Shown: positions 10,161 through 20,218 of the stretch, in pieces
How positions within the stretch are numbered: position 1 is the first letter of the stretch
How the letters are laid out: each line of letters starts with the position of its first letter
DNA from: a bacterium
Lineage (GTDB): Bacteria > Patescibacteriota > Patescibacteriia > 2-12-FULL-60-25
Assembly (NCBI GenBank): GCA_021844065.1
Contig: JAKBUE010000006.1
Coordinates: 40,477 to 104,476 of the forward strand
Reading direction: 5' to 3'
DNA: 64,000 bases
The notes under the pieces: model-generated
The model's database searches: none
Told to the model about the DNA's origin: nothing
Seen by the model: the letters and a program-made list of their open reading frames with translations, nothing else
Translations under genes and position numbers: made by a program

Positions 10161-10682
10161 TTGACCAGAAGAAGCAAGGCAAGCATCATTTCAGATAATG
10201 ATCATATGCCTTATTCCCCAGACTCCCCTCAATCCAACCAAACCAAGACTCCCGAAACCGGAACCGAAAACGCTTCTGAACGCAAAAACTTCACCCCTGA
10301 AAAGCTTAAGTCAGCGATCATGGACTGGGTTGCGAATGAAGGTCTCGAGCTCATGAGCAATGTCCCGATTGCTTTTGAGAACTGTCTGGACGTCGTCCTG
10401 CCGGAGATGCTGGACGAAAAAACAGATGCGGCAATCTTGGACTTCTGCTCTACCCACTCGGATGAATTCTTCCGTACCACCGCGGCCGGAACGGGCACTT
10501 TTTATTTCATGGATATTCCTCTTTATGAATTCGTATCGGACGACGATTATTTTGAGATAAAGCCAGTACCGATCCATCGGAAAAACAACAAAGAGTACTC
10601 GTTCGATCAAGAATTCGTCTCACGGCTCGGCGAAGCGGTCGACAGACTCTTCACCCGACTCAAGCATGAGAATCTATTGTAG
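10161..10682 (+). CDS. hypothetical protein
   Basis: 173-aa ORF. Confidence 0.45.
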   Translation: MTRRSKASIISDNDHMPYSPDSPQSNQTKTPETGTENASERKNFTPEKLKSAIMDWVANEGLELMSNVPIAFENCLDVVLPEMLDEKTDAAILDFCSTHSDEFFRTTAAGTGTFYFMDIPLYEFVSDDDYFEIKPVPIHRKNNKEYSFDQEFVSRLGEAVDRLFTRLKHENLL

Positions 10683-10968
10683 ACCTAATTTTAGCGTCCC
10701 TTTTCTCTAAAGCCCTCTGCAGCTTGGAGAGTTTATAGCCTATCCATACCACGATTCCGGTGACGATCAAGGCGTAAAGATATTTCGCCCATAAACCGCT
10801 TAGGTCACCGAAAATCTGTTTGAACGTCATTTGGACCGCATCGTTCCAGGCCAAAGCAGCGACCAGAGCGAACGCGCTCGTCATGAGCTCCAGCGTCTTC
10901 TTGAAGATATTTAATCGTAGATTGAACTGTGCTTGAGTTTCGTTGGGCTTTTGCTCTTCTGCCGGCAT
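10660..10968 (-). CDS. small membrane protein
   Basis: 102 aa with two hydrophobic helices (LMTSAFALVAALAW, LYALIVTGIVVWIGY). Confidence 0.45.
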   Translation of the reverse strand: MPAEEQKPNETQAQFNLRLNIFKKTLELMTSAFALVAALAWNDAVQMTFKQIFGDLSGLWAKYLYALIVTGIVVWIGYKLSKLQRALEKRDAKIRSTIDSHA

Positions 10969-10975
10969 ATTTTTC

Positions 10976-12190
10976 TTACTTCTTGATTAATGCCGTCAAG
11001 CCCGGCAACTTGCCTTTCTTGACGATGAATTCCAGCATAGCGCCACCTCCGGTGGAGATGTGGTCGAACCACTCGTCCATGCCCGATTCCATGACCACAG
11101 GCAAAGTATCGCCTCCGCCGACCACGCCATAAGCCTCACCTTTGCTGCGGATGGCCATGGCACGCGCAATCACCATTGAACCATGCGAGAATGTCGGGAT
11201 GTCCGCTACGCCCAAAGGACCGTTCCACACGATCGTCTTCGCCTTCTTGATCTCCGCCGACCACGCCTGCATCGTCTGCGGTCCGATATCGCCGATAGCG
11301 TCCGTCTTCTTCACTTTGCCGACGAGACAGGCCGAAGCTTTGGCGCCTGGAGCCACTTTACGCGCCACCACCACGTCGATCGGCAATACGATCTTGGGGT
11401 TCTTCATCATCTTCTTGGCTGCGGGCAGACCTTCTTTCTCAGTATAGGACTTCCCTATCTCGAGCTTCTTGGCTTGGAAGAAAGGGTGAGCCATAGCGCC
11501 GCCGATCATGACTTTATCCGCCGTCTTCAGCAGTGCTTCTATGACAGGCAGCTTCGTGGTCAGCTTGGCGCCGCCGATCAAGGCGATGTAGGGATGTTTC
11601 GGCTTACCCAGTAGTTTATCCAACGCTCCGACTTCCTGCACCAATGTCGGGCCCGCATATGCCGGCAGTTGTTTGGCGATCGCAACGATCGATGAATGCA
11701 TCCTATGGCTGGATGCGAAAGCGTCGTTCATGTAGAAATCGGACAAAGCTGCATAAGCTTTCGCCAACTTCGCATCGTTCTTCTCCTCGCCCGGATAGAA
11801 TCGCACGTTCTCCAGGAGAAAAACATCTCCTGCGACAGCTCGCTTGAGCCTAGCCACCGCCTTCTCCAGACCCGCTTTTTCATCCAACGCATAACCCAAG
11901 AATATCGGCTTTATCCCGGATCCTGCCGGCAGACGTTTCAGCAGGTTCTCTGTGCTATATTCCGCTTCCCGCTTCTTGGGGCGTCCCAGATGCGTCGCGA
12001 CCAATACGATGGCTCCGCGCGCCGCGAGATCCTTGACCGTCTGTACGGATCTGGTGATCTTCAACGACTCATCCGCGGCGAATGCGCCTTTGAGCGGCAC
12101 ATTCCAATCGACGCGCAAAAAAATCTTCTTGCCTTTCAGGTTCTTGCTCGGCGGTAAAAGAGGTAATTTCATGGCAATAGGATAACACAA
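10976..12190 (-). CDS. pgk: phosphoglycerate kinase
   Basis: 'KKIFLRVDWNVPL' N-terminus, 'VLVATHLGRPKK', and 'GGGDTL' hinge motif; the start is probably MKLPLL at about 12172. Confidence 0.95.
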   Translation of the reverse strand: MCYPIAMKLPLLPPSKNLKGKKIFLRVDWNVPLKGAFAADESLKITRSVQTVKDLAARGAIVLVATHLGRPKKREAEYSTENLLKRLPAGSGIKPIFLGYALDEKAGLEKAVARLKRAVAGDVFLLENVRFYPGEEKNDAKLAKAYAALSDFYMNDAFASSHRMHSSIVAIAKQLPAYAGPTLVQEVGALDKLLGKPKHPYIALIGGAKLTTKLPVIEALLKTADKVMIGGAMAHPFFQAKKLEIGKSYTEKEGLPAAKKMMKNPKIVLPIDVVVARKVAPGAKASACLVGKVKKTDAIGDIGPQTMQAWSAEIKKAKTIVWNGPLGVADIPTFSHGSMVIARAMAIRSKGEAYGVVGGGDTLPVVMESGMDEWFDHISTGGGAMLEFIVKKGKLPGLTALIKK

Positions 12191-12205
12191 TCGCGCACCC
12201 GATAA

Positions 12206-12790
12206 CTAATCTTTTTCGGATTGTGCCGACCAAGACTGTCCGATGATTCGCAAAGCCCTGAGGTTGGCTGGGTCGACCACTCTCTCCATGGCTTCGGCGA
12301 TAGATAACCACTTCGCATCAAGGAATTCCGTAGGATCAACGGCGAAATCCTTTCCGTCGGTATGGACTGCGAACCAGACGTCGAAATGTAGCTTGCATGG
12401 CTGCACGATGTTATCGATCGGGGTCATCGTCAGAAGAAACGGCTTCTGATCTACCGATGAAGCATTCTTCGTCCCGAGCTCTTCACCCATCTCCCGATTC
12501 AGTGCCTGCAACAACGTTTCCCCCGCATCGACGTGGCCACCCGGCGAAAGCCACATGCCGGCTTTTTTATGCAAAATCATGAAGACTTTACGACTCTCGG
12601 AATCAATAGGTAAAAAGTAAACGCAGATATGTGACTGTGCATTTTCGTCCCGCGTCAAAGCGCCTTCTTCAGACCTACGGACATACTTTTCGTAAGTCTC
12701 TTGGTTGTCGCAAATCACGCGGTCGACAACCTTTTTGAACGATTCCTGTGTACCCATATATTTCTTGGTTCTTCCCATTACTTCTGTCAC
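12206..12790 (-). CDS. NUDIX hydrolase
   Basis: Nudix box 'GGHVDAGETLLQALNREMGEELG'. Confidence 0.8.
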   Translation of the reverse strand: MTEVMGRTKKYMGTQESFKKVVDRVICDNQETYEKYVRRSEEGALTRDENAQSHICVYFLPIDSESRKVFMILHKKAGMWLSPGGHVDAGETLLQALNREMGEELGTKNASSVDQKPFLLTMTPIDNIVQPCKLHFDVWFAVHTDGKDFAVDPTEFLDAKWLSIAEAMERVVDPANLRALRIIGQSWSAQSEKD

Positions 12791-12814
12791 TGCCTGGAAT
12801 TGCCTATTTTCGGT

Positions 12815-13723
12815 CTAAATCCCCACCTCGACCAACACGATCTGCGGACGGGCCAGAAGTCGCGGACGCGCATCGCACTCCCCCAACCCATTACTTATGA
12901 TGCACGGCACGCCATTGATCCGCACTTCACCGCGCTCGACCCTGCGTCCTAGCTTTGCCGGTATGGGACGCAAAGAACCGATCAACGGAAAACGGACTTG
13001 TCCGCTATGCACATGTCCGCACAAGACCAGATCCGTATCGCCCTCCTTAAGATCAAGGAGCATGTCAGGCTCATGCGCCAGAATGATATGCGCCGTTTCC
13101 GCCGAAGATCTTCTCTTCATCATCGGGCTACCATGCCAAGGATCATCCAGGCCCAAAACCTCCAATTTGCGCCCGCCACGCTCCACGTCCACGACACTAT
13201 TCGTCAGGTCCGAATAACCCAGGCCTTTCACATAAGCCACGATTTTTTCTGGAGCATCGAAATAATCATGGTTGCCCATCACGAAATATTTACCCAATGG
13301 CGCCTGCAAATCGCGTAGCGGTTCAAGTTCACTGATGGTGTCAGCCCTGTAACACACATAGTCCCCGCCCAACAGGATCAGATCTGGTTTCAAAGCCTGT
13401 ACCTCACGCGCGACACGCGCGAACCAATCACGGAACCTGAAGTCACCCGCATGGAAATCCGAAAGCAGCGCGATCTTGATCCACTCACTCGGTTCTTTCG
13501 CCAAGGCACTGCGATATCGAATCACTTCTAACCTTTGCGGCTCGATGAACACGCCGTAAGCCAGTATCCCCTCGCAGGCCAACATCAACCAGCCTAAAGC
13601 GATCCACATCCCTCCGAAAGAAAATCCGATATAGGCCAAAAAGAAACCAACGAGCGCTACAGACGCCAAAACGATATCGAACGGTTTCTTAAGGCTCCGC
13701 GATCTACGCAGGTCTATGCTCAT
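12815..13723 (-). CDS. membrane-anchored metallophosphoesterase
   Basis: N-terminal TM helices followed by calcineurin-like motifs 'GDYVCY', 'VMGNHDYF', 'ILAHEPD'. Confidence 0.7.
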   Translation of the reverse strand: MSIDLRRSRSLKKPFDIVLASVALVGFFLAYIGFSFGGMWIALGWLMLACEGILAYGVFIEPQRLEVIRYRSALAKEPSEWIKIALLSDFHAGDFRFRDWFARVAREVQALKPDLILLGGDYVCYRADTISELEPLRDLQAPLGKYFVMGNHDYFDAPEKIVAYVKGLGYSDLTNSVVDVERGGRKLEVLGLDDPWHGSPMMKRRSSAETAHIILAHEPDMLLDLKEGDTDLVLCGHVHSGQVRFPLIGSLRPIPAKLGRRVERGEVRINGVPCIISNGLGECDARPRLLARPQIVLVEVGI

Positions 13724-14742
13724 TTTTTGCCTATATTCTTCGCCGCGATAAGCGCTATCTCAGCCAAGCGATGTGAATAACCCCACTCGTTGTCGTACCA
13801 AGCCAATACTTTGACCATATCCCCTGCCACGACCTGGGTGAACGGCAAATCCACGATGGAAGACGCCGGGTTACCTATAAAGTCGGAGGACACGAGCGGT
13901 TCTTCAGACACCTCCAAGATGCCTTTATACATTGCGCTTTTTGACGCTTTCTTGAGCGCGGCGTTGACTTCATCTTTGGTCGTCTTACGTTTGAGCAGGA
14001 ATGTGAAGTCAGCCAAGGAGACGCAGGGCGTAGGTACGCGGATGGAGATGCCGTCAAACAATCCCTTCAGCTCCGGTATCACTTCGGTCGTTGCGATCGC
14101 TGCGCCGGTCGTGGTGGGCACCATGTTCTGCGCCGCCGCCCGGGCACGCCGTAGATCCTTGTGCGGACCGTCCTGCAGCACTTGGTCGGCCGTATAGGAA
14201 TGCACTGTGGTCATCATGGCTTTCTTCACGCCGAAGACTTCGTGCATGATGGCTGCCACCGGTGCGATGCAATTCGTCGTGCAACTCGCGTTGTTTATTA
14301 TCTTCGCCGTCTTTCCGGCTTCCTTCGCGTTCACTCCGATGACATGCGTCGGCACGTTTCCGCCCTTGGCCGGAGCGGAAAGGATGACCAACCTCGCTCC
14401 CGCCGTGATATGCTGTCCTGCGCCTTCTTCGGTCGTGAACCTGCCCGTACATTCCAAGACCACATCCACCTTCATCTTGCCCCAAGGCAACATCTTCGGA
14501 TCCTTATCAGCGAACACTGGGATCTTCTTCCCGTTCACGATCACGTTATGTTCATCGAAGCTGACGTCCTTTGCCCAAGCGTGATAGGTGGAATCATGCT
14601 TCAGCAAATGGGCTAAAGTCTTGGAGTCCGTAAGGTCATTGACGGCTACGACATTGAATCCAGGCTTGTCGAAACCGGCTTTGAATACGTTGCGGCCGAT
14701 ACGACCGAAACCGTTGATGGCGATATTTGGCATACGAAGCAA
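13720..14742 (-). CDS. gap: glyceraldehyde-3-phosphate dehydrogenase
   Basis: 'NIAINGFGRIGRNVFKA' N-terminus and 'ASCTTNCIAPVA' active-site Cys. Confidence 0.95.
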   Translation of the reverse strand: MLRMPNIAINGFGRIGRNVFKAGFDKPGFNVVAVNDLTDSKTLAHLLKHDSTYHAWAKDVSFDEHNVIVNGKKIPVFADKDPKMLPWGKMKVDVVLECTGRFTTEEGAGQHITAGARLVILSAPAKGGNVPTHVIGVNAKEAGKTAKIINNASCTTNCIAPVAAIMHEVFGVKKAMMTTVHSYTADQVLQDGPHKDLRRARAAAQNMVPTTTGAAIATTEVIPELKGLFDGISIRVPTPCVSLADFTFLLKRKTTKDEVNAALKKASKSAMYKGILEVSEEPLVSSDFIGNPASSIVDLPFTQVVAGDMVKVLAWYDNEWGYSHRLAEIALIAAKNIGKK

Positions 14743-14858
14743 TTAAAGATAGGTCATTAGATGTTAATCATTCTCGATAATGATACTTCCCCCGCCGAAA
14801 AACCAAAAGCCCCGGTTATACGGGGCTTTGATTATTGAGTGCTCTACTTGCTGCAAGC

Positions 14859-15533
14859 CTAGAAGAATATCTTTATCTCACGGGTCTCTTTGCTCGTGCT
14901 GCCGTCGGCTTTCTTGACCAACACATCGTATTCGATCGTACTGTCGTCCTGCCAGCGTACCGAAAGCATTGATTCATCCGGCGTACCTACACCGCTCGAT
15001 TCCGTATATCGGTTGAACAATACGACATGCCTTAGCTTGTTTTCCGAGAATGACTCCACGCCCAAACCCATCTTCCCCGGGGTGACATCGTCGTAGCCGG
15101 CATATTTAGTTCCGTCCGGGGAATAAGCGCCTCTGGTCAATATCCCCTTATAGCCTGAACTATCAGCCTGTCCCGGCGTCGTCGACGCGGGGTTCGTCAT
15201 CGCACCCGGCGTTGAGGTGTCGTCCATCATGGGAGGTGCCGCTGGCGGCGTCATTACCTCGCCGGAGGAAAAATTCTGCAGACTGCGCTGCATCCATTGC
15301 AGACGTAATTGCGAGTCGGATAATTCGCGGTTCAACGAATCGACGTCGCGCTGCTGGTATTCGAGACGCAGGTAGCTGACGAGCATGACCCAGGCGAAAC
15401 CCAAAGACAGGACAGTGATCAACACCCAAATCAAAGTCATCGGTTGGTTGCAGCATACGGGCTCTTTGCTCGGCTGACTGCTCTTCTTGCTTGCGGCAGC
15501 TGCGCTGCGTGTGCGTAATGTACGGGAAGGCAT
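14859..15533 (-). CDS. hypothetical membrane-anchored protein
   Basis: Single N-terminal TM (LIWVLITVLSLGFAWVMLVSYL), followed by a coiled-coil and a P/T-rich linker. Confidence 0.5.
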   Translation of the reverse strand: MPSRTLRTRSAAAASKKSSQPSKEPVCCNQPMTLIWVLITVLSLGFAWVMLVSYLRLEYQQRDVDSLNRELSDSQLRLQWMQRSLQNFSSGEVMTPPAAPPMMDDTSTPGAMTNPASTTPGQADSSGYKGILTRGAYSPDGTKYAGYDDVTPGKMGLGVESFSENKLRHVVLFNRYTESSGVGTPDESMLSVRWQDDSTIEYDVLVKKADGSTSKETREIKIFF

Positions 15534-15657
15534 AAAGTTCGGGATTAAAAAATTACTTGCCTATATTTTACACCAGTTCCAGTAATATGTGAACCATGAG
15601 CATCCATCATGCGCTTACGATGCGTCACTTATCCTATTAACATGCTAAAATGACGGC

Positions 15658-16608
15658 ATGTTGGAAGTCATCCTCTTGCTCTTGGGTTTTGCCTTGCTCA
15701 CGAAATCCGCCGATTGGCTGATCCGCGGCGCAGAGACGCTGGCCGAGCGCTACAACCTTTCGCAGAACTTCATCGGGCTGACCATCGTCGCCATCGGCAC
15801 ATCCGCCCCGGAATTGGCGGTCAGCATCCTCTCGGTCAACCAAGGTTCTGATGCATTACCAGTCGGGAATATTTTAGGCAGCAACCTGGCCAACCTTCTG
15901 CTCATCCTTGGCATAGTGGTGTTGGCGAAAAGGATCAAGGTAAAAAAGTCGACATTCAACATCGGTCTGCCGCTCAACCTTTTGGTCAGTCTATTCGTCG
16001 CCCTGATGGTTACGGGCGCCTACTCGATAACGCGGACTCCGCACGTACTCACAGGATTCGACGGTATCCTGCTGTTGTGCACCCTACCTCTCTATCTATA
16101 CTTCGCGTTTTCCGTCTATCGTGGCGAACAGACGGCGCATAACGTTTCGCGACGGAAGCTGTTGCTGTCATATGCTTCGATCGCCGTAGGCATCATCGGC
16201 CTGGCCATAAGCGCAGACTGGATAGTCATCAGCGCACTCGATCTCGCTAAGATGATGGGCGTTTCCGAAAACCTCTTCGGACTGACCATCGTCGCACTGG
16301 GGACTAGCTTGCCTGAACTCGCCACTTCGATCACCGGCATGATCCGCAAGAAACATGATCTTGTCGTTGGTAATCTGATAGGGTCCTCGCTCTTCAATCT
16401 GATTTTCATCCTGGGCTTCACTGCCCTGCTGCACGACCTACCGTTCAACGACTTGCAATTCATCGATCTGATTGCGGTCGGACTTACTTCGCTCTTGATT
16501 TTCATCATGCTGCTTTTCAGCCGCGATAAGTGTCTAGGTCGCATCCACGGTCTGATCCTGGTCGGCGTCTATGCCGCATATCAAGCGCTAAGGATCTATT
16601 TAGGATAA
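15658..16608 (+). CDS. Ca2+/Na+ antiporter, CaCA family (YrbG-like)
   Basis: Two alpha-repeats, 'GTSAPELAVSI' and 'GTSLPELATSI', in a 10-TM protein. Confidence 0.8.
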   Translation: MLEVILLLLGFALLTKSADWLIRGAETLAERYNLSQNFIGLTIVAIGTSAPELAVSILSVNQGSDALPVGNILGSNLANLLLILGIVVLAKRIKVKKSTFNIGLPLNLLVSLFVALMVTGAYSITRTPHVLTGFDGILLLCTLPLYLYFAFSVYRGEQTAHNVSRRKLLLSYASIAVGIIGLAISADWIVISALDLAKMMGVSENLFGLTIVALGTSLPELATSITGMIRKKHDLVVGNLIGSSLFNLIFILGFTALLHDLPFNDLQFIDLIAVGLTSLLIFIMLLFSRDKCLGRIHGLILVGVYAAYQALRIYLG

Positions 16609-16612
16609 ACCT

Positions 16613-19234
16613 ATGGAAAGCGAAATAACCAAATACGGCATTCCTGCCACCTTCTGGTCCTTGAGCGCCGAGGAAACGCTCGCGGCGCTGCACTCGACGC
16701 CGATCGGGTTGTCGCAGCTCCAGGCCGAGGCTCGTCTGAAGGAATTCGGTCGCAACGAAATCCAAAGGCATGAGATGCTTTCCAAGACCAAGATCCTGAC
16801 GCGTCAATTCAAGAGCCCGCTGATCGTGATCCTGATCTTCGCCGGCTTGCTTACCATCGTCCTGGGGGAATGGGTCGATGCGACGGCTATATTCGCCGCC
16901 GTCGCAGTCAACACGGCCTTAGGTTTCTGGCAGGAATATAAAGCTGGCAGCGTATTGGAAAGCCTGGTCAGCTACATCCGGGTTTTCGCACGGGTCAGAC
17001 GGGAAGGTCACGACATCGAGATCGAAGCCAGCGGTCTTGTGCCGGGAGACATCATCCGGATATCGCAAGGCGACCGCATACCTGCCGACTGTCATCTCAT
17101 CTATACCAATAACCTCGAGATAGACGAATCCATCATCACCGGGGAATCCTTGCCCGTCAAAAAAACACCGGACAAGCAACCGGCTGGCTCGGCCTTGGCC
17201 GAGCGCTACGACCTTGCGCTCGGCGGTAGTCTGGTGGTGCAAGGTTTCGGCGACGCGGTAGTCACCGGAACAGGACATGACACTGAATTCAGCCGCATAG
17301 CCTCACTCGCCTCTCGGACCAAAGAGACGGAAACGCCGCTCCAAAAAACCGTAGCCGGCTTCACGGTTCGCGCCAGCTTGGTCTTGGGCGGCCTGACTTT
17401 GCTTTTTTTCATGATCGGACTTTTCGAGGGAAACCCCTGGTTGGACATGCTGCTCATTTCAGTAGCGATCGCGATTTCCGCGGTACCCGAGGGACTACCT
17501 ATTGCGCTGACCGTCATCTTGGCTGTAGGTGTTGAACGTTTGGCGAAACGTGGCGGAGTAGTCCGCAAATTATTGGCCGCCGAAACCCTCGGTTCCACCA
17601 ACCTCATCCTGACCGATAAGACGGGTACGTTGACCCAGGCTAGCATGAGCATCTCCTCTATCCTTCCGTTCAATGCGCAAGGCAGAGAGGCCGAAGACCA
17701 TCTTTTACGGGATGCCCTGCTTGAGACCGACACGGTCATCGAGAACCCGGAAGATGGACCGCTGAATTGGCGCATGGCAGGCAAACCGCTCGAGACTTCG
17801 TTGGTCCGTGATGCGGCGTTAAGAGGCGTAACCCTGCCCGACATCCTAAAAAAAATCGAGGAGGTGGATCGGCTGCCTTTCGATTCTAACCGCAAATATT
17901 CCGCCGTCAGCATACGTGAAGACCACGGATTCAAGACCATCATCCTCGGTGCGCCGGACATCATCCTGGAATACACCGACCTGCCGGCGGACACGCGCGC
18001 CACTATCCTCAAAGTCATCGATGAGCACGCCAAGAGCGGCGAAAGGATACTGGGCGTGGCGAGTAAACACCATGAGCATCAACCGCATCTGCACGACATG
18101 CATTTCTCCCAATTAAGCTTCCGCGGCTTGATCGCTTTGCGCGACCCGTTGCGCCCAGACGTAAAGGCGGAAATCGCGAAGATAGAGAAAGCCGGTGTAC
18201 GAACAATCATCGTCACAGGAGATCACGCCGGGACAGCGGTCTCCGTCGCCCAAGAGATCGGCCTGTTCGGTGAGGGAGACACGGTCGTCACCGGATCGGA
18301 GTTAGGCAAGTTGACCGAGGGCGAGATCCTTTCCATCCTTCCGAAAGTCCGCGTCTTTGCCCGCGTCACGCCAGAACAGAAGCTGCAGATCGTACGTTAC
18401 TTCCAGCAATCTGGATACCGTACGGCCGTGACCGGTGATGGGGTCAACGACGCCCCAGCACTTCAGGCGGCCGATATCGGCATCGCCGTAGGCGCAGGGA
18501 CCGAGGTGGCGAAGAGCGCATCCGACCTCATCTTGCTGAACAATGACTTCGCAACCATCGTCGCAGCCATCGAAGAAGGTCGACGTCTGATCTCGAACAT
18601 CCACAAAGTCATCGTCTATCTTCTGGCTGATGCGTTCGATGAGCTGATCCTGATCGGCGGAAGCATGCTTTTAGGGCTACCCATCCCCTTGAATGCGCTT
18701 CAGATCCTCTACATCAACATGTTCTCCGATAGTTTCCCGGCTATCGCTTTCGCCTTCGAAAAACGACACGATGGGATACGCACGCCGCGCCAACCCAGCG
18801 GAGGCCTGCTTGATCGCGAAATGCGTTTTCTCATTCTCGTCATCGGCACCCTGACCAGTCTGTTGCTTTTTGTCTTGTACTTCATGTTACGTCATCTGGG
18901 CGCACCGCACTCCTTCATCAGCACATTCATGTTCGCGACCTTCGGCACCTACACCTTATTCGCCGCCTTCAGCCTGCGCAGCCTCAAATCCAGCATCTTC
19001 ACTTTTAACCCGTTCGGCAACATCCGCCTGACGATAGGCGTAAGCATCGGCGTCGTCCTGACCATGGCCGGAGTTTACCTGCCGCCACTGCAGAAGGTCC
19101 TCGGCACCGTGCCGCTCCCCTTCGAATGGCTTGTCGCGGTGTTCGCCATCGGCATCGGCAACGTGGCCATGCTCGAACTGGGCAAATACTTCATGCGACC
19201 AAAACATCCGACGAAGAAACTCACCAAACCATGA
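16613..19234 (+). CDS. P-type cation-transporting ATPase (type IIA Ca2+-ATPase-like)
   Basis: 'DKTGTLT' phosphorylation site, 'TGDGVNDAPAL', 'PEGLP'; 873 aa. Confidence 0.9.
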   Translation: MESEITKYGIPATFWSLSAEETLAALHSTPIGLSQLQAEARLKEFGRNEIQRHEMLSKTKILTRQFKSPLIVILIFAGLLTIVLGEWVDATAIFAAVAVNTALGFWQEYKAGSVLESLVSYIRVFARVRREGHDIEIEASGLVPGDIIRISQGDRIPADCHLIYTNNLEIDESIITGESLPVKKTPDKQPAGSALAERYDLALGGSLVVQGFGDAVVTGTGHDTEFSRIASLASRTKETETPLQKTVAGFTVRASLVLGGLTLLFFMIGLFEGNPWLDMLLISVAIAISAVPEGLPIALTVILAVGVERLAKRGGVVRKLLAAETLGSTNLILTDKTGTLTQASMSISSILPFNAQGREAEDHLLRDALLETDTVIENPEDGPLNWRMAGKPLETSLVRDAALRGVTLPDILKKIEEVDRLPFDSNRKYSAVSIREDHGFKTIILGAPDIILEYTDLPADTRATILKVIDEHAKSGERILGVASKHHEHQPHLHDMHFSQLSFRGLIALRDPLRPDVKAEIAKIEKAGVRTIIVTGDHAGTAVSVAQEIGLFGEGDTVVTGSELGKLTEGEILSILPKVRVFARVTPEQKLQIVRYFQQSGYRTAVTGDGVNDAPALQAADIGIAVGAGTEVAKSASDLILLNNDFATIVAAIEEGRRLISNIHKVIVYLLADAFDELILIGGSMLLGLPIPLNALQILYINMFSDSFPAIAFAFEKRHDGIRTPRQPSGGLLDREMRFLILVIGTLTSLLLFVLYFMLRHLGAPHSFISTFMFATFGTYTLFAAFSLRSLKSSIFTFNPFGNIRLTIGVSIGVVLTMAGVYLPPLQKVLGTVPLPFEWLVAVFAIGIGNVAMLELGKYFMRPKHPTKKLTKP

Positions 19235-19256
19235 ATGCTCGATTCGGACCTCTGGA

Positions 19257-19967
19257 TCATTCACTAGTCGCCTGTCCCGTCCTCCACTCCTCGATTTTCT
19301 TATGGTCTCCGGATAACAGCACTTCCGGCACCTTCCATCCTCGATAATCCTCCGGTCTTGTGTATTGCGGATACTCCCGGCTCTCACCGTCGTTCCACGA
19401 CTCCTGATCCAAAGATGCTTCTTGCCCCAAGACGCCCGGGCGCAACCTGACGACCGCATCCAACATGACGAGTGCCGGCAGCTCCCCTCCGGTCAGTACG
19501 TATTTCCCGATCGAAAACTCTTCGTCGGCCAATTTCTTGGCCACGCGCTCGTCCACCCCCTCATATCGTCCGCACAAAAAAACCAACCTGTCATACTTGG
19601 ACAGACGTTTCGCATCCGCTTGCGAAAATATCTTTCCTTTGGCCGAGGTTAGGATGATCCTGGTTTTCCTTGCTGCGGCTGTCTTGCCGCCCGCTTTGTT
19701 CCGTAGTTTAAGGCTCATCAAGGCACGATGGAACGGCTCGACTTTCATCACCATCCCAGGTCCGCCGCCGAACGGCTTGTCGTCCACCGTCTTCCTTTTG
19801 TCGTCAGTCCAATCACGCAGCTGATGTACACGCGCGTCAAGAAGTTTCGCCTTCTTCGCCCTTCCCAAGATGGAATGATCCAGATATCCCGGGAACATCT
19901 CCGGAAAAACCGTCAGGACATCTGCGCGCAAAGTTTTTTTCTTGCTCATACCCACATTTGATAACAC
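19257..19967 (-). CDS. trmD: tRNA (guanine37-N1)-methyltransferase
   Basis: 'VLTVFPEMFPGYLDHSILGRA' and 'GGGPGMVMK' are TrmD signatures. Confidence 0.9.
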   Translation of the reverse strand: MLSNVGMSKKKTLRADVLTVFPEMFPGYLDHSILGRAKKAKLLDARVHQLRDWTDDKRKTVDDKPFGGGPGMVMKVEPFHRALMSLKLRNKAGGKTAAARKTRIILTSAKGKIFSQADAKRLSKYDRLVFLCGRYEGVDERVAKKLADEEFSIGKYVLTGGELPALVMLDAVVRLRPGVLGQEASLDQESWNDGESREYPQYTRPEDYRGWKVPEVLLSGDHKKIEEWRTGQATSE

Positions 19968-20174
19968 ACCTTTCGTGTTCCGGATAGACCCTCCATCTCC
20001 CAGCCATTTTATTTCCTAACCCTCTTCCCTCCAGCCCGCAGGGTGAGCCATATTCTTAGCCGAGGATGTGTCCGCCCCGCCGCTCGCGAGCAGCGGGGTG
20101 AGAGATAGGCTAAGACGAGCCCCGCAGGCAAGAATATGGCTCACCCTGCGGGCATCCCCTCTCTTGCTCAGATA

Positions 20175-20202
20175 CAAAAAATCCGCCGTAGCGGATTTTT
20201 TG
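20175..20202. terminator. rho-independent terminator hairpin
   Basis: aaaaaatccgc-cgta-gcggatttttt, downstream of the KH-domain gene. Confidence 0.6.
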
Positions 20203-20218
20203 TTGCTTGAATTCGAAT

